A stretch of DNA of 39,778 nt from Circinaria calcarea (Eukaryota). The stretch is from contig JAVECS010000024.1 of assembly GCA_051942165.1 (NCBI GenBank), positions 1 through 39,778 of the forward strand. Reading direction: 5' to 3'. The translations under genes were made by a program, and so were the position numbers. The first letter of the stretch is position 1. Each line of letters begins with the position of its first letter. Shown piece after piece: positions 12,004-22,900 of this stretch. A model generated the notes under the pieces. That model made no database searches, had not been told where the DNA came from, and saw only the letters and a program-made list of their open reading frames with translations.

Positions 12004-15000
12004 ATGGCTTCATCTGTACCAGTATCTCCTGAGGCTATGCTCTTAACACAGCACCCGCCTCAGCAGAGGCAGAGGTGGAGGTATCCAATAGGAGGGCAAA
12101 ATACAGATCAGCAAAATAGGCAGAACCCACCTCTGAGTAGCGGAGTGCCGTTGGAATCGATCGGGGATCCTGTATTGGCTCTCAGACCTGCCTCTGTCCA
12201 TTCTCCGGCGTTTACGGAACAATCTAGTGCAGGAACCTTGGCAGCAGAGAATGTCTCCTACAAGCAGCCAGAGCAGACAAGGCCCTTTGGAGCAAGAGGC
12301 GGATCTAGAGGGGGAGCGAACGGTGTTCAAAGAAATAGGAATGGAGAGACTTTAACGAGGAAATTGGATAGGAGGTATGAAGGGTCTGAGGCTCATGCAC
12401 GGGGTACAACCAATGGATCACCTATAATACATGGTTCAGGGAGGCAATTTGGAGGAAGGCTGACTACGCCTATCGAGGTTGGCGCGGCTGATCCGTCACC
12501 TTCATCCTCTTGTCTACAAGCGGATGCACCAGAGTTCCGGCCTGGTCAACAGCACCAGCAACGAACTTCATCAGGTCGGCGTGGCAAGCCGGGTTCAGTA
12601 GTACAGCGTAAGCAGAACATACGAGTACCGCGCATGAGACGAGGTTCAAGCATCAAATCGAACGCCCCAGACATTGCCACCCGAATCCATGAGGATATTT
12701 CGAACGGTGTCTATGAATGTCCGATATGTACAAGTGAGGTGGCAAGCGACTCAAGAGTTTGGTCCTGCAAGACGTGTTGGACTGTTTTCCATCTTACCTG
12801 TATTAAGAAATGGTCCCAAAATGAGGGATCGACCTTAGCACAGCAACAAAACGAGGATGGTAATCTACCCCCTCCTAGGCAGTGGAGGTGTCCTGGCTGC
12901 AATCTCCCAAAAGATGTTCTCCCATCCGCATACTCCTGCTGGTGCGAGAAAGAGATCGACCCCGGTCACATATCCGGGATTCCGCCACATTCCTGCGGTC
13001 AATCTTGTGGGAAGCATAGGATGCTACCTAAAAAATGTCCACATCCGTGCGAATTACTCTGTCATGCAGGTCCATGTCCACCATGTAATCATTTAGGTCC
13101 TGTTCAAAGCTGCTTCTGCGGGAAGAAATCTACGTCAAGGAGATGCGTGGATACCAATTACGATAGCGGCTGGAGCTGCGAGCAGTTATGCGGAGATCTT
13201 ATGCCTTGTGGGGAACATACTTGTCAGCGACCCTGCCACGAAGGACTTTGCGGCGCATGTGAGACCGGGGTTGATGCTCGTTGCTATTGTGGAAAGGTTC
13301 AGAAGGCCGTCATATGCTATGAACGTGGGGAAGAGAAATATAGCGAGAAGGCATCATTTAGTCAAGGAGGCGAAAGGACCATAGATCGCTGGACCGGCAT
13401 TTTTGGCTGTGGTGCGACTTGTGCCAGGCTCTTCGACTGCGGAAAGCACACTTGTGAACAACAGTGCCATCCCCAGGAGCTTGATCTTTCGCACTGTCCT
13501 CGGTCTCCCGACGTAGTGTCCCTTTGCCCTTGCGGGAAGACTCCTCTCAAGGAGATTATCGAAGAACCACGTCACTCGTGTGAGGCAGATATTCCAAATT
13601 GCGCGAAAGAATGCTTGAAAAAGCTTTCATGCGGACATTCTTGCCTTCAGATATGCCACTCAGGTCCTTGCATGCCATGTCCAGAAAAAGTCAACATCAA
13701 ATGTCAATGTGGTCGGACCACTTCTTCCATCATCTGTCACCAAAGTACAGAGGAGCCACCACAGTGTATGCGAACTTGCAGAGTTACGCTAAACTGCGGC
13801 CGGCACGAGTGTGGAGAACGTTGTTGCGCAGGAGAACGAAGGGCAGCGGAGCGTCAAACGTCCAAACGTAAGCTTCGTCCGCTAGGCGGTACGGCTCGAG
13901 GGCTCGACGAGGGATACGAAGCCGAACATATCTGCACTCGCCTATGTGGGCGCATGTTGAAGTGCGGGAATCATCATTGCCCTGAACTATGTCATAAAGG
14001 ACCTTGCGGAACTTGCCGAGAAGCTATCTTTGACGAGATTAGCTGCCACTGTGGACGAACGGTGCTTCAACCTCCATTGCCATGTGGTACTATTCCACCG
14101 CCTTGTCGATTTGAGTGTGAAAGACCGAAGAACTGTGGGCATCCTCAGGTACCACACAACTGCCACGGCGATCAAGAATCATGTCCAAAGTGTCCCTTCC
14201 TCACGGAAAAGCCCTGCATGTGCGGCAAGAAGACGTTGAAGAATCAGCAGTGCTGGCTAGCGGATGTTCGATGCGGTGAGATATGTGGGAAAAGACTTCG
14301 GTGCGGATCCCACTTTTGCCGAAAGCCATGTCACCGACCGGGCGAATGCGAAGATGCTGGACGAAGCTGCCAACAACTCTGTGGCAAGGCGAAGAAATCG
14401 TGTGGCCATCCTGATGAGGAATTGTGTCATGCACCCTCGTCCTGCCGGGAAGACAAGTCATGCCAGAGTAGGATGCTGATTACCTGCGATTGCCAGCACC
14501 TCAAACAGGAAGTCAAATGCAATGCTTCCAAAGCGGGCGAGGGTAACAGTAAGAAGACATTGAAATGTGACGAGGAATGTGCACGTCTCGAGCGGAACCG
14601 AAAGCTTGCCTTGGCACTCAACATTGATCCCGAGGCTCACAAGGACGATCATATACCTTATTCCACCTCGACTCTCCACATGTTTCAAGAATCCGTAAAG
14701 TGGGCTCAAATTCAAGAGCGCGAGTTCCGTGTATTTGCCGCCGATGAGGCTGAAAAACGTCTTCGATTCAAACCGATGCCTCCGCAACAACGTGCCTTCT
14801 TACATTCATTGGCTGAAGACTTTGGCTTCGACAGCGAGAGCATGGATCCCGAACCGCACCGTCATGTGTTTGTCTTCAAAACGCCTAGATTCGTCATGGC
14901 TCCTATGAAAACCCTCGCCGAGTGTGTACGGATAAGGACCGCCGCTGCAGTTGAAGCGAACTCTTCAGCCATCGCAGACACTCAGCATCGGCTACAAGCT

Positions 15001-15744
15001 AACAACGAGCCATTCAATGGCTTTCTCCTCACAAGCCCACGCTTCGGTCTGACTCTCGAAGAACTGCGGTCCGATTGCTCGCCCACACTCGACTCAGCTC
15101 CCGGCCTTGCATTTGATATCTCCTTCCTCCCCAGTGAGCAAATCGTCCTCAAAGCCCATCCGGCCACATCCGCAACTACCATCTCCGCACTCTCCATCGA
15201 AGCAGCCCTCAAAGCCCTCAAGTCCCCCCTCACTTTCACCATCACCGCCAAACACCTCGCCTACTCCGTCCACCTCTGCACTCTCGATCCCTCCCTCAAT
15301 GTCCTCCGCCGAGAAAGCGACTCAGCTGGAAACAGCGATGGGTGGAGCCGAGTCGCAGCGAAAGCAGCGGTGGGACCGAGAAGTGCTCCAAGACAAGTGG
15401 CTGTGGGAGGGAAGAGCAGCTTTACGGTGTTGGGGAGCAAGTTGAAGGATGCGAAGAGGAAGAAGGAGGAGCGTGAAAAGGAAAAGGAGAGGGAGGAGGA
15501 CGTGGTGGAAGACTGGGAGGAGGAGGTTCGGAGGGAGGAGGAGAGAGAAAGGGAGCGGGCAAAGGGGAAAGAGAGGTTGGAAGTGGTGGGATTGGAGAAT
15601 GCAATGGGAGAAGACCACGTAGTTGGACAGGATGGAATGGCTACGGAGGTTACGACTACAGATCCTGCGTCTCGGACCGAAAGTCCAGGCAGTGATAGCG
15701 CTGCCCTTGGGCCTGAGCACGCTCAGCAACCTACTTTGGCATGA
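12004..15744 (+). CDS. NF-X1/FAP1-type protein (RING/PHD-like finger, tandem NF-X1 zinc fingers, R3H domain), single exon
   Basis: YECPIC...VWSCKTCWTVFHLTCIKKW...WRCPGC finger; repeated CGxHxCxxxCHxGxCxxC units; R3H-like FKPMPPQQRAFLHSLAEDFG; 1246-aa uninterrupted ORF. Confidence 0.95.
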   Translation: MASSVPVSPEAMLLTQHPPQQRQRWRYPIGGQNTDQQNRQNPPLSSGVPLESIGDPVLALRPASVHSPAFTEQSSAGTLAAENVSYKQPEQTRPFGARGGSRGGANGVQRNRNGETLTRKLDRRYEGSEAHARGTTNGSPIIHGSGRQFGGRLTTPIEVGAADPSPSSSCLQADAPEFRPGQQHQQRTSSGRRGKPGSVVQRKQNIRVPRMRRGSSIKSNAPDIATRIHEDISNGVYECPICTSEVASDSRVWSCKTCWTVFHLTCIKKWSQNEGSTLAQQQNEDGNLPPPRQWRCPGCNLPKDVLPSAYSCWCEKEIDPGHISGIPPHSCGQSCGKHRMLPKKCPHPCELLCHAGPCPPCNHLGPVQSCFCGKKSTSRRCVDTNYDSGWSCEQLCGDLMPCGEHTCQRPCHEGLCGACETGVDARCYCGKVQKAVICYERGEEKYSEKASFSQGGERTIDRWTGIFGCGATCARLFDCGKHTCEQQCHPQELDLSHCPRSPDVVSLCPCGKTPLKEIIEEPRHSCEADIPNCAKECLKKLSCGHSCLQICHSGPCMPCPEKVNIKCQCGRTTSSIICHQSTEEPPQCMRTCRVTLNCGRHECGERCCAGERRAAERQTSKRKLRPLGGTARGLDEGYEAEHICTRLCGRMLKCGNHHCPELCHKGPCGTCREAIFDEISCHCGRTVLQPPLPCGTIPPPCRFECERPKNCGHPQVPHNCHGDQESCPKCPFLTEKPCMCGKKTLKNQQCWLADVRCGEICGKRLRCGSHFCRKPCHRPGECEDAGRSCQQLCGKAKKSCGHPDEELCHAPSSCREDKSCQSRMLITCDCQHLKQEVKCNASKAGEGNSKKTLKCDEECARLERNRKLALALNIDPEAHKDDHIPYSTSTLHMFQESVKWAQIQEREFRVFAADEAEKRLRFKPMPPQQRAFLHSLAEDFGFDSESMDPEPHRHVFVFKTPRFVMAPMKTLAECVRIRTAAAVEANSSAIADTQHRLQANNEPFNGFLLTSPRFGLTLEELRSDCSPTLDSAPGLAFDISFLPSEQIVLKAHPATSATTISALSIEAALKALKSPLTFTITAKHLAYSVHLCTLDPSLNVLRRESDSAGNSDGWSRVAAKAAVGPRSAPRQVAVGGKSSFTVLGSKLKDAKRKKEEREKEKEREEDVVEDWEEEVRREEERERERAKGKERLEVVGLENAMGEDHVVGQDGMATEVTTTDPASRTESPGSDSAALGPEHAQQPTLA

Positions 15745-15803
15745 AGGTGAAAGGGAGGCTTTGCTCCAAGGACTCGAACAAAGGGGTCTTGGATGAGCCA
15801 AGC

Positions 15804-15835
15804 CCTATCCTATCCTAGCTTAGCTTAGCTTAGTT
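15804..15835. repeat. Compound pentanucleotide microsatellite (CCTAT)~3 (TAGCT)~4 just after the NF-X1 stop
   Basis: cctatcctatcctagcttagcttagcttagtt read directly. Confidence 0.75.
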
Positions 15836-16854
15836 TACTCAACCGGCAACGAATAACTACCTACTTGGTTCTACCACCCTTTGATACGAGTTCTGGGTGA
15901 CGTGGTGGTATTTAAAACCCTACAATCGAGGGCTGGGTACCGGTAACTTCCATCTCGACATCTTTCGAAGCGAGAAAAACCAGCATCGAATAAATACGGC
16001 TCCTTCTTCCCCGGCCCCCCTGGGGTAGAAAAGTACCAGCTATACTCGAAATGTGTGTTTTTGGTGATGCTTATTTCAGTGGTTACATTGCGCAAAAAGA
16101 AAAAAGAAATGGGAGTGCTAGGTAGACACGCGCAGGCAAGGTTGCGGAGAAGGTGGTGGCAAAAGATTGGATTGTGGTGGATTGGGGTTAGAATCTTGAC
16201 GCTGTATGTATGTAGCTAAGCAAGAAAGAAAGAAAGAAACTTGGGCGAGGCTTGGGAGGAGGAGGAGGAGGAGAGTTTCACCGGAGACAGGAAACAGAGA
16301 ACGAGAAGGAATATTCCCCTCACTGGGAGCCTTTTTCGGGGGAATTGATGGAATGGAATGAACCATGGAAGGATGCGGGGGACAGCGGTAGCTATCAGCT
16401 CCACCTCCACCTTTTCTACTACCAGGCGGAGTTCTAGAGGGATGGATGGGGGTTTTTTTGTATATGTCCTCTGCAAAATAGCATAGAAATCAGGTGAATG
16501 CTCGGATTCATCAGATACCTCCTTCGACGTTGAATGAGACGCCGAGATGTGGGAGATAACACAGGTGTGGACGGTCGGCCTATCTAATAGGGATTTCTTA
16601 ATAGAAATGTAACGAACGAGGAGGCCGTCATCAGTAGTGTATCCTTCTGGTCGGGCATACCGATCGTCTCTGTCAAGAGACACTGTTACCAGATTGCCAT
16701 CGTCCAGGTGGGTAGATTAACTCTAAACCGCACTTGTCATATTTAGGCGACTCCACGACGATAAGTTCTCCATGTACAGTACACTGCCACTATTGTTCAA
16801 ATGCCTACAGGGATACCGATTCCGACAGCATTAGCATCCGCCGAACCAAGGCCT

Positions 16855-17240
16855 TCATGATGAACGGTGGTTAAGGAAGATGATGGGATCGATGTTCGTA
16901 GCAGGTGCAGATAGAATCATAGCTCCAAACGCTGACACGGCATATTCTCCATTGCCCAACACATAACCCGGAGCGCCACAGCCCATGGCCGATTCATTTG
17001 CGAGATTATAGCACACATATCCTTTAGGGCAGCAAGCATATCCATTCCTGGCGAAGAGCGTCAATGCAGCATCAGCGCACTGCGGACCATTGCTGCCTGA
17101 GGTATCGGAGCAATTGCCTCCTGCGTCACTCTTGATCTTAGCATCTATGCACCACCAAGGACGACAAAACATTCCTGAACGAGCAAGATCAAAGCTAGGA
17201 AAGATATGACTGACCTAACGGGCAGCAAAAAGTGTCGCGT
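16855..17240 (-). pseudogene. Probable disrupted gene for a secreted/cell-surface Cys-rich protein
   Basis: Signal-peptide-like (ACG)RHFLLPVRSVISFLALILLVQECFVVLGGA* in one frame, followed in another frame by GGNCSDTSGSNGPQCADAALTLFARNGYACCPKGYVCYNLANESAMGCGAPGY. Confidence 0.45.
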
Positions 17241-17546
17241 TGGGGCTGGATGTGACAGAATGTGTTCTAGTGGCAGTGTGCACGGAAGGGAGCAGCGATG
17301 ACGCCGCAATCTATCTTTACTTGACATGATTGAGCGGAGGGAGCTTATCCACCTTGGATTTGCGTCTTCTTTCGTCAAGACGTTATCGAACCGCGCTGAA
17401 CAGGTGATCATCAAGCATCCAATGACACTCGGGGCGTTTCAAGTTGCATAGCTGTGGTAAAGGATGCTTCGACTTCACTCGTGCGCTTAGAGGTAGGTCT
17501 GGATATTGGCAACCTGCAAAAAGGTGCAGATAAGATGATGCACACA

Positions 17547-19091
17547 TCATGGGGTATGCAAGGCCCGTAGCTCGGTCTCATTCTTGCGGTTCTTCTCGGT
17601 AATCCATGGTGGATTGCCATCGTCGTCGAATTCCGCCCATTGAAAGTACCCACATCTAAGGAGGAGATCAGCCGAGTTCAATGCTGGACAGTAATCTGAT
17701 CGTACCCTTCTTTGCCAGGTGTATTGCCAGCGTCGCAAGTCCACATATAGCGCCCTCGGTTCTCCTTCTTCCTTTGAACGCACCTCAGCACCGTAGGGAC
17801 ATTACATTTGCAGCGTGGCGTGAACCTACAGCTCACATTAGTAAACGTCACTCCCGAAACTGCTTTGGAAACGTACCTGGGATGAAAGCTCTGCCGATAA
17901 TGCCTATAAGTCACGTTAATTCGTTTGGTCCCGGACGTCGGATGGGGATCAATTGCTGCAGCAGGATGTATGCTGTGCTTGTATTCCTCTTGCATCTCGG
18001 CATGCATCACCAGAAGCGAGTTATGTGGTAGGTGAATGGCAATCTGACCTTCAGCATCCGCTCGCATGGCATCCTTGCGTTTTCCATTGCCGCCGATACC
18101 CTCGTGCTCATCTCGTGCTACGATCCTGCGGACTCGGAACTCTCTGGCCACGCCAAGACTCAAACTGCCAATAACTGCCCGAGGACCCAGGTACGTGAGC
18201 TGGTCACTGTGATAGCCTACGCTTTCATTGCCGCCTGCGTAGCAATTCACAAAGGCTGCATTAGGACGCCACCTGTTTGGGGACTGATACCTAAGTTTCT
18301 TTCCCCCGGCATAAGAATCATTTATCCTCTTGGCAATCTCAGCATTAACGGCGTCCTCCACCTTAGACGACGCGATACGCATCTGAGGAGTGATCTGGCG
18401 AACGTCCTGTTGACGCAATTAGCCATCTATGCGAGACTTCTACTCGGTTGGCTGTGATTTCTTGTACCGTAAGATAGCTACCATTGTAGAGGTACTCAGT
18501 CTTCTGCCGCATAATCTCTTCCAAGCTGTCCACGTAGAAACATGACCGGTGCGGGCTCTGCACTACATTATCGAAAAGTTTGAAGGTTTGCTTTTCAAAA
18601 GTAACTGCCTCCTTTAACAATTCCTGCAAGAGAGCTTCGGCCTCTGCAGCTGGCAAGAAGTTGTGAATGATCGAGCAAGGCGTATATCTCGCGACATCTT
18701 CGGCGCTGTACACGTGTAGCGTCTGGCCTTTCTTGGCCATAGACTTGGGCGATTTCGTCTCTGGGGATCCGCTTTGCTGTAGCTTGTAGGCTGACAACGA
18801 ACTCTGATAGCCTATGATCCTCTTCAACGGTGACTTCTTAGGAGACCGGTTGGCCACGCCGAGGCAGTCAAGAGCCCTGGAGGAATCCACCACTGATCCA
18901 TCTGCGGAGACAAGATGATCAAGCAAGACTTCTGGCCCTACGAGAGGATGCAGCGACGCAAGCGTAGCCAGTTTCAGCTCGGTAGACTCATCCTCTCCCG
19001 GCCCGGCCAGTTCGAGCATCTTTTCATGGTCTCGTTTCGGTTCCTGCGATGGTGAAGGCTTTTGCTTTTTACGTGATACGAATGCCTCCAT
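17547..19091 (-). CDS. AlkB-family 2OG-Fe(II) dioxygenase with possible N-terminal CUE-like region and C-terminal GRF zinc finger; exons 19091-18468, 18406-17877, 17825-17706, 17655-17547
   Basis: PNAAFVNCY...SVGYHSD (HxD), IGSLSLG, YKHSI (distal His), RINVTYR (RxxxxxR); GRF finger PRCKC...ENRGRYMWTC...GCGYFQW; three GT-AG introns join the ORF-track fragments in frame. Confidence 0.9.
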
Positions 19092-19962
19092 GATGACGAG
19101 AGTGGGATTCTACTGCCGAAAGTAATATTTTGACCCCCCAAGGAACCCTTGTGTCGAAGTGGCGAATTACCCGACATCATTCTACAAGATCTGGAGTTTC
19201 GAAAACCCACTTCGGACCACTGATCGATATATAATCCTACCGAGTCCCGGCTCCTTCTCAAAACATCTAACCCCACGCTTCAGAATTACAATCTAAAAGT
19301 ACGACCTGGGCTCCGCGGTCCTATTTGCCTTGGCAGGGGAGTGGTGATTTCCTCTGTCGGGAGGTATCCAATGACGGTACCAGGGATCGCGGCTCATCAT
19401 CGTTCAGTCTTCCGTCCGTTGTATGTTTTCAGCAGCTAAGCTAATCCTGCCAAACCATCTCATCTCTATGTACAAGCTTCAATCCTTTCGTTCCTGTTCG
19501 TAAGTGAAATTTGAAAAGTGGGTATCTATTGCTCGTAAACGGTTCAAAAGAGCAGATCGCCACTGACCTGTCCCAGCCGCTCTATATGCCGCTCAAAAAG
19601 GCATCAACGCGGTATGTTGTACGCGCCGAAATTCCCAGGACCAAATCGCTAGGATGTAGGGTAGATCCACGCCGTAACCCCATTGCTACCACCTCGACCC
19701 GCTGTCAAACTCAAGCATATGCTTCTACGCCGTCAAAACGTATAGCTAGCTCGTACACGCTTTTCCCGCCGCTGATAAGGACCAAGACGCTTGAGAACAG
19801 TTCGAACGCCGCCACTACTAAGTTCACCACCGACAAAATGAGAAAAGAACCATAAGGTCGTAGACGCCAAACTAGAGAGAACCGCATGCTGATGAAGAGT
19901 GTCGTGGAAGGTGGAATGTGTCGATAACTTCGATGGCGTAAACATAGGCTATAGAACGGTGT

Positions 19963-22900
19963 CTAGTTGGCCAATTTCGCAAAATGCTTGTTCCAAATCC
20001 AACCGACTTTGATTTCATCCTCCTTGTCGTCTTGGTTCTTTGCTAACCAGAGCTCACCTTTCTCGCCAATGACATCAAAGATCTGTATACCCAGTCAGTA
20101 TAACTTGTGATTGGCGATGTACTAGCAAATGGAGAGTCGAGCTTACTTCGCCTGCGCGGTAGACTAGATATGGATACCCAGCTTCCTGTCTTGAACGGTC
20201 GATGTTGAACTCGTAGACGCTGGCTGCGAGAAACAAAATCTTGAAATCTCTCCTGCTAGAAGTCTCTTGCGGTGTCTCTACAAGCGGTGAATCGGACATA
20301 GGCAAGGCCGAAGAGAAGAAGCCAGAATAACGGTTCGGGGGCGAAGAGGAGCGAGGCTGTGCGTCCCTCTGCGCGGTATAGAATGTCGAGGTAGAGTTAG
20401 GCCGAATCACACCTTGCGAATCGCCACTCAGACGGTTGAAGCCGGGGGTATCAACACTAAGGCGAGGGAGAGATGGAGTTTCGTTGCTTCGACCAGTTGA
20501 CGTGGATGGACGATCGGGATGGGAGTTAACGGGAGTAGTTACAGTCGAATAAGCCCGCCAGCTGCCGGGCATATCTGGCGTGCCCGGACTCCTTGCTGAT
20601 GTCGTCGAGCTAGCTCGAATGCGGTGAGCTGTTGCCGACTGGCTCACAGCCGTAATGTGCGGCATATTCCCTCCGAGCTGTGAAAGGCCCAGGCTGTCGT
20701 TTTGGCGACCGCCAAAGTCAGGTTGAGGCAGCGAAGGTATGATATCACTGCTTTGGGACATGCCGCGGTTTCTTGAATCAACCGTGGCAGTAGACGATTG
20801 CCTGGGAGAGTTTTCGTCGCCGTTTAGAGTTGTCGTGGGCGAAAGGAAGTTGACAAGATTGGCAGCGTCATTGAGAAGTGACCCGTTGCAGACGCCTAAA
20901 GAGAGTACCTGGGCCTCGGTGTATTGGAAATCCCCCGCGAAGGCAGCGATGATTTCGGGAAGCTGGATCGGGACGTTCTGGCTGTCAATGGCTTGACTCA
21001 GTTTTCTCCGCCACACGGCTTGCCACTGCAGTTGTAGCTGGACGTAATTGTTCAAGCACGCTTCCATCATTTTGCCAGTCAGGAGGAAAAGCTTAGGTAG
21101 CTCCTCCTTTAATGTGTCGTTGAGAGCAATGAATTGATCCTTCTGCTCCGTAGTCTTCTTATCGGGTTTGTCGCCCCTGTCTTTCAAAGCCTTATACCTG
21201 GTATAATCCTTTTCTCGCTTCTCACGCTTTTGCATGAGCTTTTGCAGGCCTTGATACACACCTAGGAGGCTCATTATAGGATCAATGACGTTCTTCCGGA
21301 CAGCGTTGGTCTGTATCATGTTAGTTTGGATGCTGTTCCTATAACACGACTACTTACGTGGTCTGGTAGGCAGGTGTTCTGAATTTCCCTCACTGACATC
21401 CTGAACCTACGCCATTTGCTTTCCATCTCCGGATAGGAAGATTGGCCAACATCCATCCACGCCTCTATAGCAAGTACAAGGTCATTGAACCGGCTTACAA
21501 AACTCTGGACCTCGGTGGTATACATCTCAACATCCCTCATAATCACTTGCAGCTGGAAGAAATGCGAGCTGTATTTTTCGTGGACAGCCTCGTACTCGCG
21601 ATCTCGGACAGTCTCAGACAGCCCGATATGTTGCTTGATCTTTTCGGTACGACGCCCGAACTTGAGGCCGATCCGACCATCATTGTCCCTTCGCTTTCGG
21701 ACACCCCCAGCGACTTGTTCCAGAATGTCGGCGCGTTTCTTCATCTCGTTTATCCTGACAGATACCCCTACCATCTCCCGTGCCGCAACATCTAAAGCGT
21801 TGAAATCTGGATGATTTTCGGCAGTCACCTCAAGTAATTCCTTCAGAAGCAGAGGATACTTAAGAATTCGCTGAACCGGCTTCACTAACAGAGAGTCCAG
21901 GTCCCAGGCGGTAGTGAGGTCATGAGCATAGGTCCGGCACTCATTCAACCAGACTTGTACTTTATCATTCTTCTGTAAGGCTTGAAGCTTTTGGTTTGCT
22001 GCGTCATGGTTTTTCAGGTAGTCAGAATAAACTTTCTCCATGTGGCTCATGTGATTAACAAATGCTTCCCCAATGTAGGTTTGACGATCCTTCTCGTCAT
22101 CTCCAAGCTCTACACCGTTGACGGAAGACTGATCATCGGTGAAGCCGCTTGCTGATGTTGCCGAACTGTCGCGTTTGCTTCTCCAGCGCCTTGACTTCGG
22201 TAGAGTATAGGCACTTTTCGCTGCTTGCTTGAGGGCGTCAAGAAATGAAGTCGAGAAGGCCACGATTTGGTCGGAGTTCCCAAAAAGTATTTTCACATCT
22301 GAGTCAGATATAACAAGCCCATTAGAAGTCCCTTTGTAGATGTCATCAACAACCTTCATGTCCTGACCGAAGGAGTGCTCGGTGTCAACAAGCTCTTTTA
22401 TGATATGCCTTCGTCTGACCAAGCGTTTCTGATCAGCGCTTGCAGTGGCTGTTTTCGCGACATCCTCCATTGACGGTGGTGGAGTATCCAAAATCGAATG
22501 CTTTCGAGACCTTGACGTGGAGCCGGAGCGAGACGCTGGAGCAACCCCTATATCCGGTTGTTGAGGAACTTTCCCACGGATGGCTTTCGCAAGGCCCTCC
22601 GCTATTTTGTTTGGTACTGCAGATATATCTGCACTAGATCCATGTTGCCTACTGTAAGTATCCTGACCAAGAGTTGGCAGCTTGTCGACTGAATTTACCG
22701 GTCTGTTGCTGTTATTTGCAACTAATAGTGGCGGTGGCAACGTGTGTGAATCATCGGCCTTGGTAGGATTGGTTTTTATATTGGGTGAATCTTCATCGTG
22801 CGGTGACTCTACATGTATATTTATACCAAGCCCACCTTCAGTTGTCTGTATTTCAGGTAGCTGAGGATGGCTATCTGACGGGGCTCGATGGTTATCTGTA

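Noticed and set aside
15107..15801. Alternative-frame and antisense ORFs within NF-X1 (likewise those inside RhoGEF, TERT, TBC and MSH3)
   Set aside because: Shadow ORFs of well-supported genes with no independent motifs.
15804..15835. CCTAT/TAGCT repeats as interstitial telomeric sequence
   Set aside because: Units do not match a G-rich telomere repeat; ordinary microsatellite.
16155..16163. Rpn4/PACE motif GGTGGCAAA
   Set aside because: Lies between convergent 3' ends about 7 kb from PRE3; no exact match seen in the PRE3/bem46 intergenic region.
16118..16683. Minus ORFs 16216-16683 and 16118-16366
   Set aside because: Run through (AAGA)n and (GGA)n simple repeats; no recognisable domain.
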